Shown here one piece after another: positions 1 through 12,088 of a DNA stretch of 64,000 nt (position 1 is its first letter; every line of letters starts with the position of its first letter). Both the position numbers and the translations under genes were made by a program. The DNA comes from Macrostomum lignano (Eukaryota). The DNA lies in assembly GCA_002269645.1 (NCBI GenBank), contig NIVC01001298.1, positions 62,001 through 126,000 of the forward strand, given 5' to 3'. The notes beneath the pieces were generated by a model that saw only the letters and a program-made list of their open reading frames with translations, did not search any database and had not been told where the DNA came from.

Positions 1-2560
1 CCCGGTGTGGTGAGCCAGAGCGCACGGGCTGGTGGCAGCAAGTTAGTTGATCTGCGGATTAGCTAATTTCTACTTTCAAAATTCTCCCTGCTCGTCTCTC
101 GCTGTCCCTCTCTTAGCTATAGGACCTAGACTGCTCGCCACACGATCAAGCTACCATGGGGCTGACCATCTGACAGGAGTGGGGGGCCAGGTCTCTAATT
201 GATTTAGTTCTGAGCCTGAGGCCCGAAGGCTTCCCTAACAAGGAGCCCGAAGGTCGAAACCCATCAATGTGCATATATATGTATATAGAATCCTTGGCTT
301 GTCCCCCACCATCAAATTCATGGCGACGCGACGCCCCTCGAGGGCGGTAATTGCGCTGTAAAACCATGCAACAATCGTACATGTACATGTAACTCCAAGG
401 CCACCGCGGCGTCACCCACTAATTACAGCGTCGTCACTGCCAATGAGAAGGCGCTCAGTCCTGATGCCGGCCATGGCGGTCGCCGGTCGGTGCGCAGCAC
501 AATACTCCACGACAGTAAACTAGTCCGGGGGATCGAGTTCGAGAGGGCTAGGGTCGCCATGAAATACAAAATCACAATTCGGAAAAGCCCTTTCCATCAT
601 AAGCTCGAAATATTATAAACCAGAAATATCATATTGCCGAAAGTTCTAGCAATAAGTGTTGCTATTTTAGTTTTCGGTGTTATGATATTTTTTAGGTTCG
701 TATCTGCCTTAATGGTGGTCGTTGCTAGCATTGGTAAAGATTTGCACAACAACACGATCATCGTAATCGAAATTGGAATAAATACCGTGGTGAAAATTTC
801 AAAGTGCAAAAACAAAATTTCTCATTCTTGGAAAGTTTAACCACAGCAGCAGCTTTAGCTTATTCAGCGACACAGTCACAGAAAATCCAAAGCGAAAGGG
901 TACAAGGTTAAAAAATACTGCTTTCTGATGACTGCTATCGTGAATCTAATCCATAATGTAATTATATTTATAATCTGATAAATGATAGGGTCAGGAATTT
1001 TTTCCTGTTAATCGTAATTGTAATTGCAGATTTGCAGTTGCAGACTGCTTGTCTAAAGCCTACTACTAGTCTTAATCTTATGCTGTGTTTTTTAAATAAT
1101 TTCTTTTTTTGATGTAAATTTATCTGCAGCATTCACAATGCATATTATTCTGACCAGCAGGCCACTGAGCCTAAAGCCAGGCCAGGGTCTTACTCTTAGG
1201 CCAAACTCTAATATTATAGTGGTAACTATGGTACGTATGACTAATGTCAGTGTAAATATGGCTTCCAAATTTAATTCCCAATTAACATTGTTACAAAACC
1301 ATTACAAGTTACCACCATAAAACATTATCATTAGGCCAAATTTTGTCAAGAGCAAAAGTTATTAAAATATCATCAGGCATAAATTTTGCTATTTGCCCTT
1401 AGTTTATCATATTCATTATTCTATAATTTATACTAGGCCTAGCTAGGTAGTTTGGCTAGGTTGGCTACAGAGTATAGCAGTTATGATGATATAATAGCTA
1501 GGCCAAATTTGACCAATTATTTAAAGTTTATTAGAACTAAAAAAAAAGATTTCTTTCTAGGCCTATTAAGAAAATTTATTAATAACTAATCCAAAATGCT
1601 AATAGGCCCTAGCCATAGTTTTGAAGGCAATATGTTTGCTAGTATTTCCCAGGATATAATAAGAGTCTTACCATTTTTAGTATATATCAAGGTATAATAT
1701 CCTAGCATACATGACAGTAGATACTGCGATACATTGTGTCAAATGACAATTTTTGTATTGGTATACAAGTATACAAACAAGGTCTTATCACTTTTTCTAG
1801 CATTAAACCAAGCATACACTCATATGAATTCTGAAATATAGGCTAATAACTAATGACAATGTGGACTAATTCTTAATAATTAATAATATTTACATTTATT
1901 ATTTAGCTTTTCTAAGCCAATATTAAATGTTTTTATCATCTATATGGCCTTCCTCTTATTTTTTAGATAGTTGTCTTCTATTTTCTTATCAATCTCTTCT
2001 TCTATGATCATTTGATGCCTGTGTATATCATTGTTCTTGATGTTTGCAATTGGCTCCAAGAAAAGAGACTCGAAAAGTTGTGTTCAATAATTATATACTT
2101 GTAAATTAATATTCAATAGCATAGCCAAGCAATATAATATTGTATTTAATAACGTTTGCTATAAGTATTGGTGAAATAGAGCATTAGATAATTTTGTATT
2201 TTAGGTTGTTTAAATTTGAGCACTTTAATGTTTAAGATATAGAAAATTGACATTTATGTCTAAAATGACTATTGCTAACAATATGAAATTGATTTTTAAA
2301 AAGTATTTTATTAGAACTCATTTCCTTTCTAACTTATATTCAGTAATAAATTTATAATATAATAATTTGCTTATTATTTGTATCCTAATTTTATTTGGTT
2401 GTTTGTACAAATATTATCTAGGTAAGCTTATATAATTCTTAGTAATCTATTGTTAGAGAATCTTGATTTGTATGAGAATTATTCATTAATTGCATTTCTG
2501 CTTTGAAACTGCGTATATAAGAGGTTGTCAAGATTTCTTATCTAATTTCTTGTCTTTTAG

Positions 2561-3289
2561 GAGTAAAAAGAAACAGCAAATTGCATTGAGCATGATGCAG
2601 AAGTTAATGAGAGCCTGCATCTCAAAGAATTTGCCGCCAGGCAATACTGGCAATGCGGACTTGCAATCCAACAACAATAACAACAACTGCAGTCACTATG
2701 GTAACAACGGTGCCAAGCCGGGGTCCTCTTGCCGGCCTCAAGAACAGCCTGATGCAGAGGCCAGCTCTCCAGTTCAAACGCGTCGCAAGCATCAGCGCTG
2801 GCATCATAAAAGTTTGACTCTTAGTTTGATTCGGTCGCCCTGGAGACGCAGCAATGCGGATAACAATAACAAAGACTCGAAGAAGCAGGAACTGCAGTGC
2901 AACAGTAGCCAATCTGTGGCAGGCGACAGCAGCAGCTTCAGCCAATCATTGACAACTCGATCAGTCACTATGGACCATTTCCCTAATCCTGTGGCGCCAT
3001 CTGCCACGCCAGAGTCTGTCACGCCGACTTCTCCGGCATTGCCTTGTCAGCCTCTAGCTGAGCAAGATGCCCCAGTAGTGGAATCTACAGTTAGCAGCCG
3101 TGGTGGCAGCTACCGGGATTATAAATCAACTAGGAACAGTTATATTAGCGAGCCAAGACAGCTGGGCAGCAGCTTCAATCCGGATAATTATCGCCGGCCG
3201 AACAACTTGCCATTGTTGAAGATGCATCAGCTGCAACTGTCGCAGCAGGCTGGTCGGAGTCGGGCAGTGCCCGCTGCAGCTGCTAGCAG
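2561..3289 (+). CDS. Penultimate coding exon of a Ser-rich, low-complexity protein (CCSER-like gene); in-frame ATG at 2592
   Basis: Acceptor ttgtcttttAG|G at 2560/2561, open frame throughout, donor cAG|GTgcgt at 3289/3290 (phase 2), which matches the phase-2 acceptor at 3825/3826. Any upstream exon was not identified. Confidence 0.75.
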
Positions 3290-3407
3290 GTGCGTGTTGT
3301 ACTACTCGCTAGACAACGTTCGCATCAGTAGTATAGTTAGGATGTTTTAGTTTTTTATTAAAATAAGTTAAATATGAATAAATGTTATATGGTTGTTTCA
3401 GTGTGTC

Positions 3408-3695
3408 AAAGGGAATTCCTCCCCTGTGTCGAAGGGAATTCCTTCTGTATCTAAGGGGATTCCGCCTCTGTATATAAAGTATTTCCTTCTCTCTATATAA
3501 AGGAATTCCTCCTTGGCATATAAGGGAATTCCTCCCCTGTATATAAGATAATTCCTCCATTTTTATAAGGGAATTCCTTTCCTATTATAAAGGAATTCCT
3601 CTCCTCTTTATAAGGGAATTCCTCCCCTGTATATAAGGAAATTACTCCCCTGTTTGAAGAATTTTCGCGTTGTCAATGGGAATTCTCCTGTATTT
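3408..3695. repeat. Degenerate ~23-bp intronic minisatellite (aagggaattcctcccctgtatat); duplicate at ~12282-12570
   Basis: Recurring gggaattcc core. Confidence 0.85.
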
Positions 3696-3825
3696 ATAAA
3701 AAATTATCCGTTTTGAATGGATTTCCTGGCTCGATCTCGTTTCATTTAGAAAAATCTTCCCATGCCAATTTGGCGCTAAGTATTCTTTGTTTGACTTTCA
3801 CCAACCCCCCCCCCCCTTTCCGCAG

Positions 3826-4429
3826 CAGCAGTTGCAGTCCCACCGCCCCAGCCGCAGCAGCGCCGTCCAACTCGTCATTGCGCCGGCGTCGCTACGAATC
3901 CGGCGGCAGCGTCAGCGTCAACTCGGACGACCTGATGCTCGACACCGACGTTGGCAACCTGCTGGACGAAGAGGACCTGCTGTCCGAGCTGGGCACCCCC
4001 GCCGCCGAGGGTCCTCCCAGCGCCTTCCCTCCCGCAGCCGGTGCGGTCAGGACCAGCGGCAGTTTTCGTCGGACGGCGTCGCTCAGGCAGCGGCGCCAAG
4101 CGCTGCTGTCGTCTACGGCAATGTCGCACTCGATGACCTCGGCAACGCAGCAACGGCCAAGGTCGATATCGTCGCCGCCGCCGCCAGCTGATGACGCTGT
4201 GCTGGTGGGCGGGTCGGATCTGCGGCAGCTGGCTCAGGAGGCGGCGGCGATGAGGCTCGCGCTGCTGAGGCTGCGCCGCCAGCTCATGAACGACGAGCCC
4301 GTGTCGGATGCCGCCGGCTCGGGGGTGTGCGCTGCCTGCGGCCTGGACGCCAAGCGAGTTCGTCTGCTCGAGACTCGAGTAGCTGAGCTGCAAGCTGAGG
4401 CTGACCGACTGCGGACTGCGGCGGAGTAG
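3826..4429 (+). CDS. Terminal exon: Ser-rich region, 'SVNSDDLMLDTD' motif and C-terminal coiled coil; weak resemblance to CCSER1/2 (FAM190)
   Basis: Polypyrimidine tract plus cgcAG| acceptor in phase 2; GC-rich codons; TAG at 4427-4429. Spliced ORF from ATG 2592 is 433 aa. DDLMLD and MRLALLRLRRQL resemble CCSER motifs as I recall them; not verified by search. Confidence 0.7.
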
Positions 4430-4534
4430 AGCTGCGAGGATTTGGGAGATAATCTTGGAACTATTCTGCCTCCCCGTCTTTGTTTTCTAATCCGATTATT
4501 CCAGAATCAGATTGTCATATTCCAAAAAATCTTA

Positions 4535-4965
4535 ATCTTCAGATTCCTAGAAATCCCCAATCTTCAGATTCCTAGAAATCCCCAATCTTCAGGATTCTTA
4601 GAAATCCCCAATCTTCAGATTCCTAGAAATCCCCAATCTTCAAGATTCCTAGAAATCCCCAATCTTCAGGATTCTTAGAAATCCCCAATCTTCAAGATTC
4701 TTAGAAATCCCCAATCTTCAAGATTCTTAGAAATCCCCAATCTTCAAGGTTCTTAGAAATCCCCAATCTTCAGATTCTCAGAAATCCCCAAATCTTCAGA
4801 TTCTTAGAAATCCCCAAATCTTCAGATTCTTAGAAATCCCCAAATCTTCAGATTCTTAGAAATCCCCAAATCTTCAGATTCTCAGAAATCCTCAAATCTT
4901 CAGATTCTCAGAAATCCTCAAATCTTCAGATTCCCAGAAATCCCAATCCCCAGATACTCAGAAAT
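4535..4965. repeat. 25-26-bp minisatellite (cttcagattcttagaaatccccaaat); duplicate at ~13407-13968
   Basis: Direct inspection. Confidence 0.95.
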
Positions 4966-5624
4966 CGCAATTTCAACTCGCAGCAGTTCCTATTAGTCAC
5001 AACATGTACTTTATATAAAGCCTATTTTTATCAAATTAAAGGTCACCTGCTATCTTAATTATACTTATTATGTATTTTCATACCAAAAATTTTAGTCAAG
5101 CCAAATGCAAGGCTTACATGGAGCACAATACATCCATCTAATCTTAAATTATTCGTGTTTTTTGCATAAATTTTCTCTGCATGAATCTCTTTAATCAGAT
5201 TTTGTTTATAGTTATTTTTAAGCATTTAACTTATTAACTCGCAGTTTCATTCTTATTTTCATTTGTATTCCACCTATTTATAAAATGCTATATTAGCACA
5301 ACTGGACTGACTAGTTATGGTAGAATTGCATGCAAATCAAGATTGGGTGTGGTTGGCTTTGAACTATTGTTTACATTGCTCAAACAAATTGAGGAGATTC
5401 GATTTAATTTAAATCTCTTATCTATTAGTATTTACCTGGCTTGTTTACGCATGTGACCATGGTTTATAGAGCCTTGAGAAAAAGGCAGATCGCTGTTGGT
5501 CATTTATATCTATCAGCTTGCCTTGCCTTCAGCTTGCTTAACCCATTTTGTATTTATAGCGCGATTGAGATTCGCCACGTATAGATCAGTTCTTGGCTTT
5601 AAAGGGTGCTTTTTTCAGCTTCCG

Positions 5625-6596
5625 ATTCCTTAGGGCTGTTCTGGGGTGAGGGCGATTCCTTAGGATCTGTTCTGGGGTGAGGGTGATTCCTTAGAGTCTG
5701 TTCTGGGGTGAGGGTGATTCCTTAGAGTCTGTTCTGGGGGGTGAGGGTGATTCCTTAGGGTCTGTTCTGGGGTGAGGGTGATTCCTTAGAGTCTGTTCTG
5801 GGGTGAGGGTGATTCCTTAGAGTCTGTTCTGGGGTGAGGGTGATTCCTTAGAGTCTGTTCTGGGGGGTGAGGGTGATTCCTTAGAGTCTGTTCTGGGGGG
5901 TGAGGGTGATTCCTTAGGGTCTGTTCTGGGGTGAGGGTGATTCCTTAGAGTCTGTTCTGGGGTGAGGGTGATTCCTTAGGGTCTGTTCTGGGGTGAGGGT
6001 GATTCCTTAGAGTCTGTTCTGGGGTGAGGGTGATTCCTTAGAGTCTGTTCTGGGGTGAGAGCGATTCCTTAGAGTCTGTTCTGGGGTGAGAGCGATCCCT
6101 TAGAGTCTGTTCTGGGGGGGGGGGGTGAGGGCGATTCCTTAGGGCTGTTTTGGGGTGAGGGCGATTCCTTAGGGCTGTTCTGGGGTGAGGGTGATTCCTT
6201 AGGGTCTGTTCTGGGGTGAGGGTGATTCCTTAGAGTCTGTTCTGGGGTGAGGGTGATTCCTTAGAGTCTGTTCTGGGGGGTGAGGGCGATTCCTTAGGGC
6301 TGTTCTGGGGTGAGGGTGATTCCTTAGGGTCTGTTCTGGGGTGAGGGTGATTCCTTAGAGTCTGTTCTGGGGTGAGGGTGATTCCTTAGAGTCTGTTCTG
6401 GGGGGTGAGGGCGATTCCTTAGAGTCTGTTCTGGGGGGTGAGGGCGATTCCTTAGGGCTGTTCTGGGGTGAGGGCGATTCCTTAGGGCTGTTCTGGGGGG
6501 TGAGGGCGATTCCTTAGGGCTGTTCTGGGGTGAGGGCGATTCCGTAGGGCTGTTCTGGGGGGTGAGGGCGGTTCCTTAGGGCTGTTTTGGGGTGAT
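5625..6596. repeat. 30-33-bp G-rich minisatellite (ggggtgagggcgattccttagggctgttct); duplicate at ~14625-15567
   Basis: Direct inspection; variable G-run length. Confidence 0.95.
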
Positions 6597-7085
6597 TAAG
6601 TTAAGGGTTTTGATAAAAAAACCAGTCTTGATCCTTAGACGGCCTAGTCTTAGTTCTATAAAGCTAATAGTATGCTAATAATGCGATGCATGTAATGATG
6701 CTTAATCGGTCGCTAAATAAATCTTTGTTGCTATTATATATGCCTTAAAACTGCTTCCATTATGCTTAATCTTCGTGCCCAAACAGACCTGTTGTGACTA
6801 GTAAAGTATGCAGTTACTGTATGCAATATTTCCGTTGTTAAGAAAGTGCAATAATTATTTATGTCAATGATTGATTTATAACTGATGGTAACGGTCAGTC
6901 GCACACTTGTACGATATGATAACTGATTATAACACAGATATTCATATGCTATTGCAACACGTGCTGCAATATTATTGGCAAATTTATGTCAGAAAATGTT
7001 TTCTGCTCTTGTTTTGCAAGTAAAAAATATTCTCCAGCCAAGAAGATCTTTGTGTTTTCGGTTGTTCGTTTTTTAATGGAAGATT

Positions 7086-8520
7086 GGGGCGATTCTACAG
7101 GGTGTGAGGGCGATTCTACAGATGGTGTGAGGGCGATTCTGCAGAGGGTGTGAGGGCGATTCTGTAGAAAGTGTGAAGGCGATTCTACAGAGAGTCTGAG
7201 GGCGATTCTACAAATGGTGTGAGGGCGATTCTACAGATGGTGTGAGGGCGATTCTACGGATGGTGTGAGGGCGATTCTACAGGGTGAGGGCGATTCTACA
7301 GAGAGTCTGAGGGCGATTCTACAGAGAGTCTGAGGGCGATTCTGCAGAGGGTGCGAGGGCGATTCTGCAGAGGGTGCGAGGGCGATTCTACAGATGGTGT
7401 GAGGGCGATTCTGCAGAGGGTGCGAGGGCGATTCTGCAGAGGGTACGAGGGCGATTCTGCAAAGGGTGTGAGGGCGATTCTGCAGAGGGTGTGAGGGCGA
7501 TTCTGCAGAGGGTGTGAGGGCGATTCTATAGAAAGTGTGAGGACGATTCTATAGAAAGTGTGAAGGCGATTCTACAGAGAGTCTGAGGGCGATTCTACAA
7601 ATGGTGTGAGGGCGATTCTACAAATGGTGTGAGGGCGATTCTACAAATGGTGTGAGGGCGATTCTACAAATGGTGTGAGGGCGATTCTGCAGATGGTGTG
7701 AGGGCGATTCTACGGATGGTGTGAGGGCGATTCTGCAGATGGTGTGAGGGCGATTCTACGGATGGTGTGAGGGCGATTCTACAGATGGTGTGAGGGCGAT
7801 TCTACAGATGGTGTGAGGGCGATTCTACAGATGGTGTGAGGGCGATTCTACAGATGGTGTGAGGGCGATTCTGCAGAGGGTGTGAGGGCGATTCTACAGA
7901 TGGTGTGAGGGCGATTCTACAGAGAGTGTGAGGGCGATTCTACAGAGAGTGTGAGGGCGATTCTACAGAGAGTGTGAGGGCGATTCTACAGAGAGTGTGA
8001 GGGCGATTCTACAGAGAGTCTGAGGGCGATTCTGCAGAGGGTGTGAGGGCGATTCTACAGAGGGTGTGAGGGCGATTCTGCAGATGGTGTGAGGGCGATT
8101 CTGCAGAGGGTGTGAGGGCGATTCTGCAGAGGGTGTGAGGGCGATTCTGCAGATGGTGTGAGGGCGATTCTGCAGAGGGTGTGAGGGCGATTCTGCAGAG
8201 GGTGTGAGGGCGATTCTGCAGATGGTGTGAGGGCGATTCTGCAGAGGGTGTGAGGGCGATTCTACAGAGGGTGTGAGGGCGATTCTGCAGAGGGTGTGAG
8301 GGCGATTCTGCAGATGGTGTGAGGGCGATTCTGCAGAGGGTGTGAGGGCGATTCTACAGAGGGTGTGAGGGCGATTCTGCAGAGGGTGTGAGTGCGATTC
8401 TGCAGATGGTGTGAGGGCGATTCTACAGAGGGTGTGAGGGCGATTCTATAGAAAGTCTGAGGGCGATTCTGCAGAGGGTGTAAGGGCGATTTTTCAGTGG
8501 GTGTGAGGGCGATGTTACAG
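7086..8520. repeat. 23-bp minisatellite (gtgagggcgattctrcagaNNgt), copy 1
   Basis: Direct inspection. Confidence 0.95.
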
Positions 8521-8872
8521 AGAATGATGGGGCTATTCTACAGACTATAAGAAGTCACAGATTCTTACTGGGACGATTGTGGAGATACGTAGCTCTCCGT
8601 ACATGTATAACTCACTTGAGGCTATACGAAATCATTTTCATATTTCTTGAAACCGTGGATATCCAGAGTCGCTAAATTCCTTCCTTCCGCAGTCAAGAAT
8701 TTCGCAGTGGATTGCCGCATTCTGTGTAATTGCTGCAATTTCTGCAATAGATATTCTCAGTATTTTAGTCTCATAAACTGGTTTCCTCTGAAAAAATACG
8801 TTTTGCAATTATTACTCTCCAGCGTAGTGTCGAGACTTTGGCAAGAACGAGTGAGGGTTCATCCGTGTGTGA

Positions 8873-9372
8873 ACGTGAGTCTTCAGGGTGAGATGAATGA
8901 GAGTCTTCAGGGTGAGATGAATGAGAGCCTTCAGGGTGAGATGAATGAGAGCCTTCAGGGTGAGATGAATGAGAGTCTTCAGGATGAGAGTCTTCAGGGT
9001 GAGATGAATGAGAGTCTTCAGGATGAGAGTCTTCAGGGTGAGATGAATGAGAGTCTTCAGGGTGAGATGAATGAGAGTCTTCAGGGTGAGATGAATGAGA
9101 GTCTTCAGGGTGAGAGTCTTCAGGGTGAGATGAATGGAATTCTTCAGGATGAGATGACTGAGAGTCTTCAGGATGAGATGATGACTGAGAGTCTTCAGGG
9201 TGAGATGATGACTGAGAGTCTTCAGGGTGAGATGATGACTGAGAGTCTTCAGGGTGAGATGAATGAGAGTTTTCAGGGTGAGATGATGAATGAGAGTCTT
9301 CAGGGTGAGATGAATGAGAGTCCACAGATGAGATAAATGAGAGTCTTCAGGGTGAGATGAATGAGAGTCCAC
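8873..9372. repeat. 15/21/24-bp minisatellite (gagtcttcagggtgagatgaat); shorter duplicate at ~18500-18690
   Basis: Direct inspection; explains ORFs 8647-9336, 8771-9325 and 8812-9372. Confidence 0.95.
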
Positions 9373-9711
9373 TGGGGAGATGCATGAGAGTTGCTGATAT
9401 CTCTACACATGCCACACAGGTAATCTGCGCGACTATAATATGCATGGCAGGCTCAGTAGCCCAAGCTGCAGCCCGAGAGAACAGGGGGGCCCAACGTGTC
9501 TTCTCGGATTGCCGCCCACCCCCCCTCACCCTGTGAAGCGATATGTGTCGGCCGAGAATAGAATAACCAAGCGTAAGCATCTGAGGAGAAGGGAGGCGAT
9601 TATAAATTATAACTCAGGGCCGAGTCCAGCCATTGGACGGCAGGTTCGAGAGCCGTGCGGTGGCTTAAATATACAGATGCATGCTTTTTTAGCCCCCCTG
9701 CTCACCTGCAG

Positions 9712-9937
9712 ATGTTTAATTTGATTCCCATTTCCAACCGTGTGAGCCGTGTTGTTGTTGCTGGGAGAACATGTGGGGCCGCAATCAGAGCATTCGGGCT
9801 CGAGGCGGAGGCGGCGGATTCTATGGCCTGAACTCCAGCTCGGCTGGTTACAATCGGCGCAGTTTTGGCTCAGCTCTGGGGGGCCAGACGGTGACTTCCA
9901 GGTCTTCCTCGCTGCACCGGGCCAAGTCGGACTCCAG
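9712..9937 (+). CDS. Candidate first coding exon (ATG 9771; MWGRNQSIRARGGGGGFYG...LHRAKSDS), copy 1; not in the ORF track because it is under 60 aa
   Basis: Acceptor ctcacctgcAG| at 9711, aacATG context, GC3-rich codons, donor cAG|GTGAGG at 9937/9938 (phase 2). A competing minus-strand model exists. Confidence 0.45.
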
Positions 9938-10069
9938 GTGAGGGAACTGATCGAATTTGTGATTGACATTTTCATCTCGTATTGATGGTTAATCTGTGAA
10001 CTCTAACCTAGCTGCCAATATTTATCTGTCCTATGAATTCATTCTGAAAGTGTGGATGTTATTTGACAT

Positions 10070-10535
10070 GTATGAATGTGTGAATCAATTCCGTGAATAG
10101 ATCATAAATGTGTGAATCAATTCCGTGAATAGATCATAAATGTGTGAATCAATTCCGTGAATAGATCATGAATGTGTGAATCTATTCCGTCAATAGATCA
10201 TGACTGTGTGAATCAATTCCGTGAATAGATCATGAATGTGTGAATCAATTCCGTGAATAGATCATGAATGTGTGAATCAATTCCGTGAATAGATCATGAA
10301 TGTGTGAATCTATTCCGTGAATATATAATGAATGTGTTAATCTATTTCGTGAATAGATCATGAATGTGTGAATCAATTCTGTAAATAGTTAATGAATGTG
10401 TGAATCTATTCCGTGAATATATCATGACTGAGTGAATCAATTCCGTGAATAGATAATGAATGTGTGAATCAATTCCGTGAATAGATCATGAATGTGTGAA
10501 TTAATTCTCGTGAATAGTTAATGAATGTGTGAATT
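10070..10535. repeat. 32-bp minisatellite (tgaatgtgtgaatcaattccgtgaatagatca); duplicate at ~19420-19800
   Basis: Direct inspection. Confidence 0.9.
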
Positions 10536-10929
10536 TTCAAGTTCACCATTTAGTTTTTTAGTTTAGTGACTGTGATTCCCCCTCTCTTGTCCAATTCAAT
10601 AATATTATTAACAACTTCTTTGCTAAGCTTGTTTTTTATCAACTTTTCGTGTCTCCCCCGGTTGACAATACAAAAAAGTAAAAAAAGCAGCTCATTAGGG
10701 AAAGAAAACTTGAAGCAGGCATTCCTGACTTGCTCGAATTTCAGGGCTTAAAGACGGCATCGGGAGCCCATAGAGTCTGTTTTCGGGGTATTTTAATCTT
10801 GAGCGGGCCGTCGCTGGAGACCCCCAGATGCAGAAAAAGCTGGGGCCTTCTGACTGCTCTAACAAGGCATCCGGGTGCGGCTCTTTGTTGCCTGGCATTA
10901 ATGATCCACTGCTTGTGTGAGCTTATTGC

Positions 10930-11545
10930 TACCTCTACTCTCCCTTCTCTTCTCCCCTCTCCTTTCTCTCTTCTTTCCCCTCTCCTCTCTCTTTCGCCTC
11001 TCCCCATCGATCACCTCTCTTGTCTCCTCTCTCCCCTCTCCTCTCCCCTCTCCCCCCTCCCTTCCCCTCTTCCCTCCCCTCTCCTCCCCATCTCTAATCT
11101 CTTATCTCCTCTCTCCTCTCTCCCCTCTCCTCTCTCCACTCCTCTCCCCATCTCCTCTCTTTATATCCAGTCTCTTATCTCCTTTCCCCCCGTCCTCTCT
11201 CCCCTCTCCCCTCTTTCCTCTCCTCTTCTGTTTCCGGTTCCGTCTCCTCCCCATACCCAATTTATTATCTCCTCTCTCCTATCTCCCCTCTCCTCTCCCC
11301 TCTCCTCTCCCCCTCTCCTCTCCCCATCTCCAGTCTCCTATCTCCTCTCTACCCTCTCCTCTCCCCATCTCCAGTCTCCTATCTCCTCTCTACCCTCTCC
11401 CCTCTTCTCTCTTCCTCTCTCCTCTTTACCCTCTCCTCTCTCCCTTCTCCTCTCTCCTCTCCCCTCTCCTCTCCTCTCTTTCTCCTCTCTTCTCTGCCCT
11501 CTCCCCTCCCCATCTCCCCTCTCCCCTCTCTTCTCTCTTTCATCT
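10930..11545. repeat. Polypyrimidine (C/T) low-complexity tract; duplicate at ~19990-20530
   Basis: ctctcc/ctcccc motifs. Confidence 0.9.
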
Positions 11546-12088
11546 CACTTACGTTTAATCTCCTTTGTATTTTATAGTGCCGCTCCCGTTTGTCTGTCTG
11601 TATCGATCGAGTCAGATTATTGTACTGTATTGATACGGTCAGACAAGGCAGCAGATGAGCTTCTTACCGGAATGATGCGAATATTTACACGCAGTTAATA
11701 AGGCTGGCTGAATTTGCTTAAAAGTACAAAACTGGCTGCAAAGGAAGGCAACAGGAAGCTGCACTTCGCTGGGCGTGTCTAAGAGAAGCTCAATGGAAAG
11801 TGGGCGAGCAATGCAGGCTCGTAGGCTGCAGCTTATGAGCTTAGCTGGATGCCTATGTGGCAGGAGTCTGCTTCTGCACAAGACGGCTTCCTCTTCGAAG
11901 AGTCATTTCCAGTCAATGAGCATTGAGAGAGAGACAAGGGGGGAGAGTTCGTCTGAGCTAGGCGCCTCTTGTATGCTGGAGGAAAAACATTCGGAGATCG
12001 AGCACGCAGGCAGGTAGCTAATCGAACGGGTTTCGAGCAGCAATAGACGGTCAGCTGTTGAAGATGCTTCAGTGAGGGACTTCACTGT

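Larger units (their letters stand above)
3214..12058 (+). repeat. Tandem segmental duplication, copy 1 (~8.85 kb)
   Basis: Unique flanks, exon and the same ordered set of minisatellite families recur at 12089-21020; homology ends at ggtcagctgt (12049-12058 vs 21011-21020). Confidence 0.95.

Noticed and set aside
100-350. Strong acceptor at ~116 and donor at ~345 as a coding exon
   Set aside because: Stops occur in all three phases; at most a non-coding exon, and unsupported.
597-1320. Short AT-rich ORFs (597-815, 634-840, 1138-1320)
   Set aside because: No motifs, and codon usage is unlike the confident exons.
8647-9372. ESLQGEMN / SHSSHPED ORFs
   Set aside because: Minisatellite translation; array length and frame are not conserved in copy 2.
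11639-12085. ORFs 11639-11881 (minus), 11775-12017 (plus) and their copies near 20.6-20.9 kb as genes
   Set aside because: The copies differ by many non-synonymous changes, stops and a frameshift; no recognisable domain.
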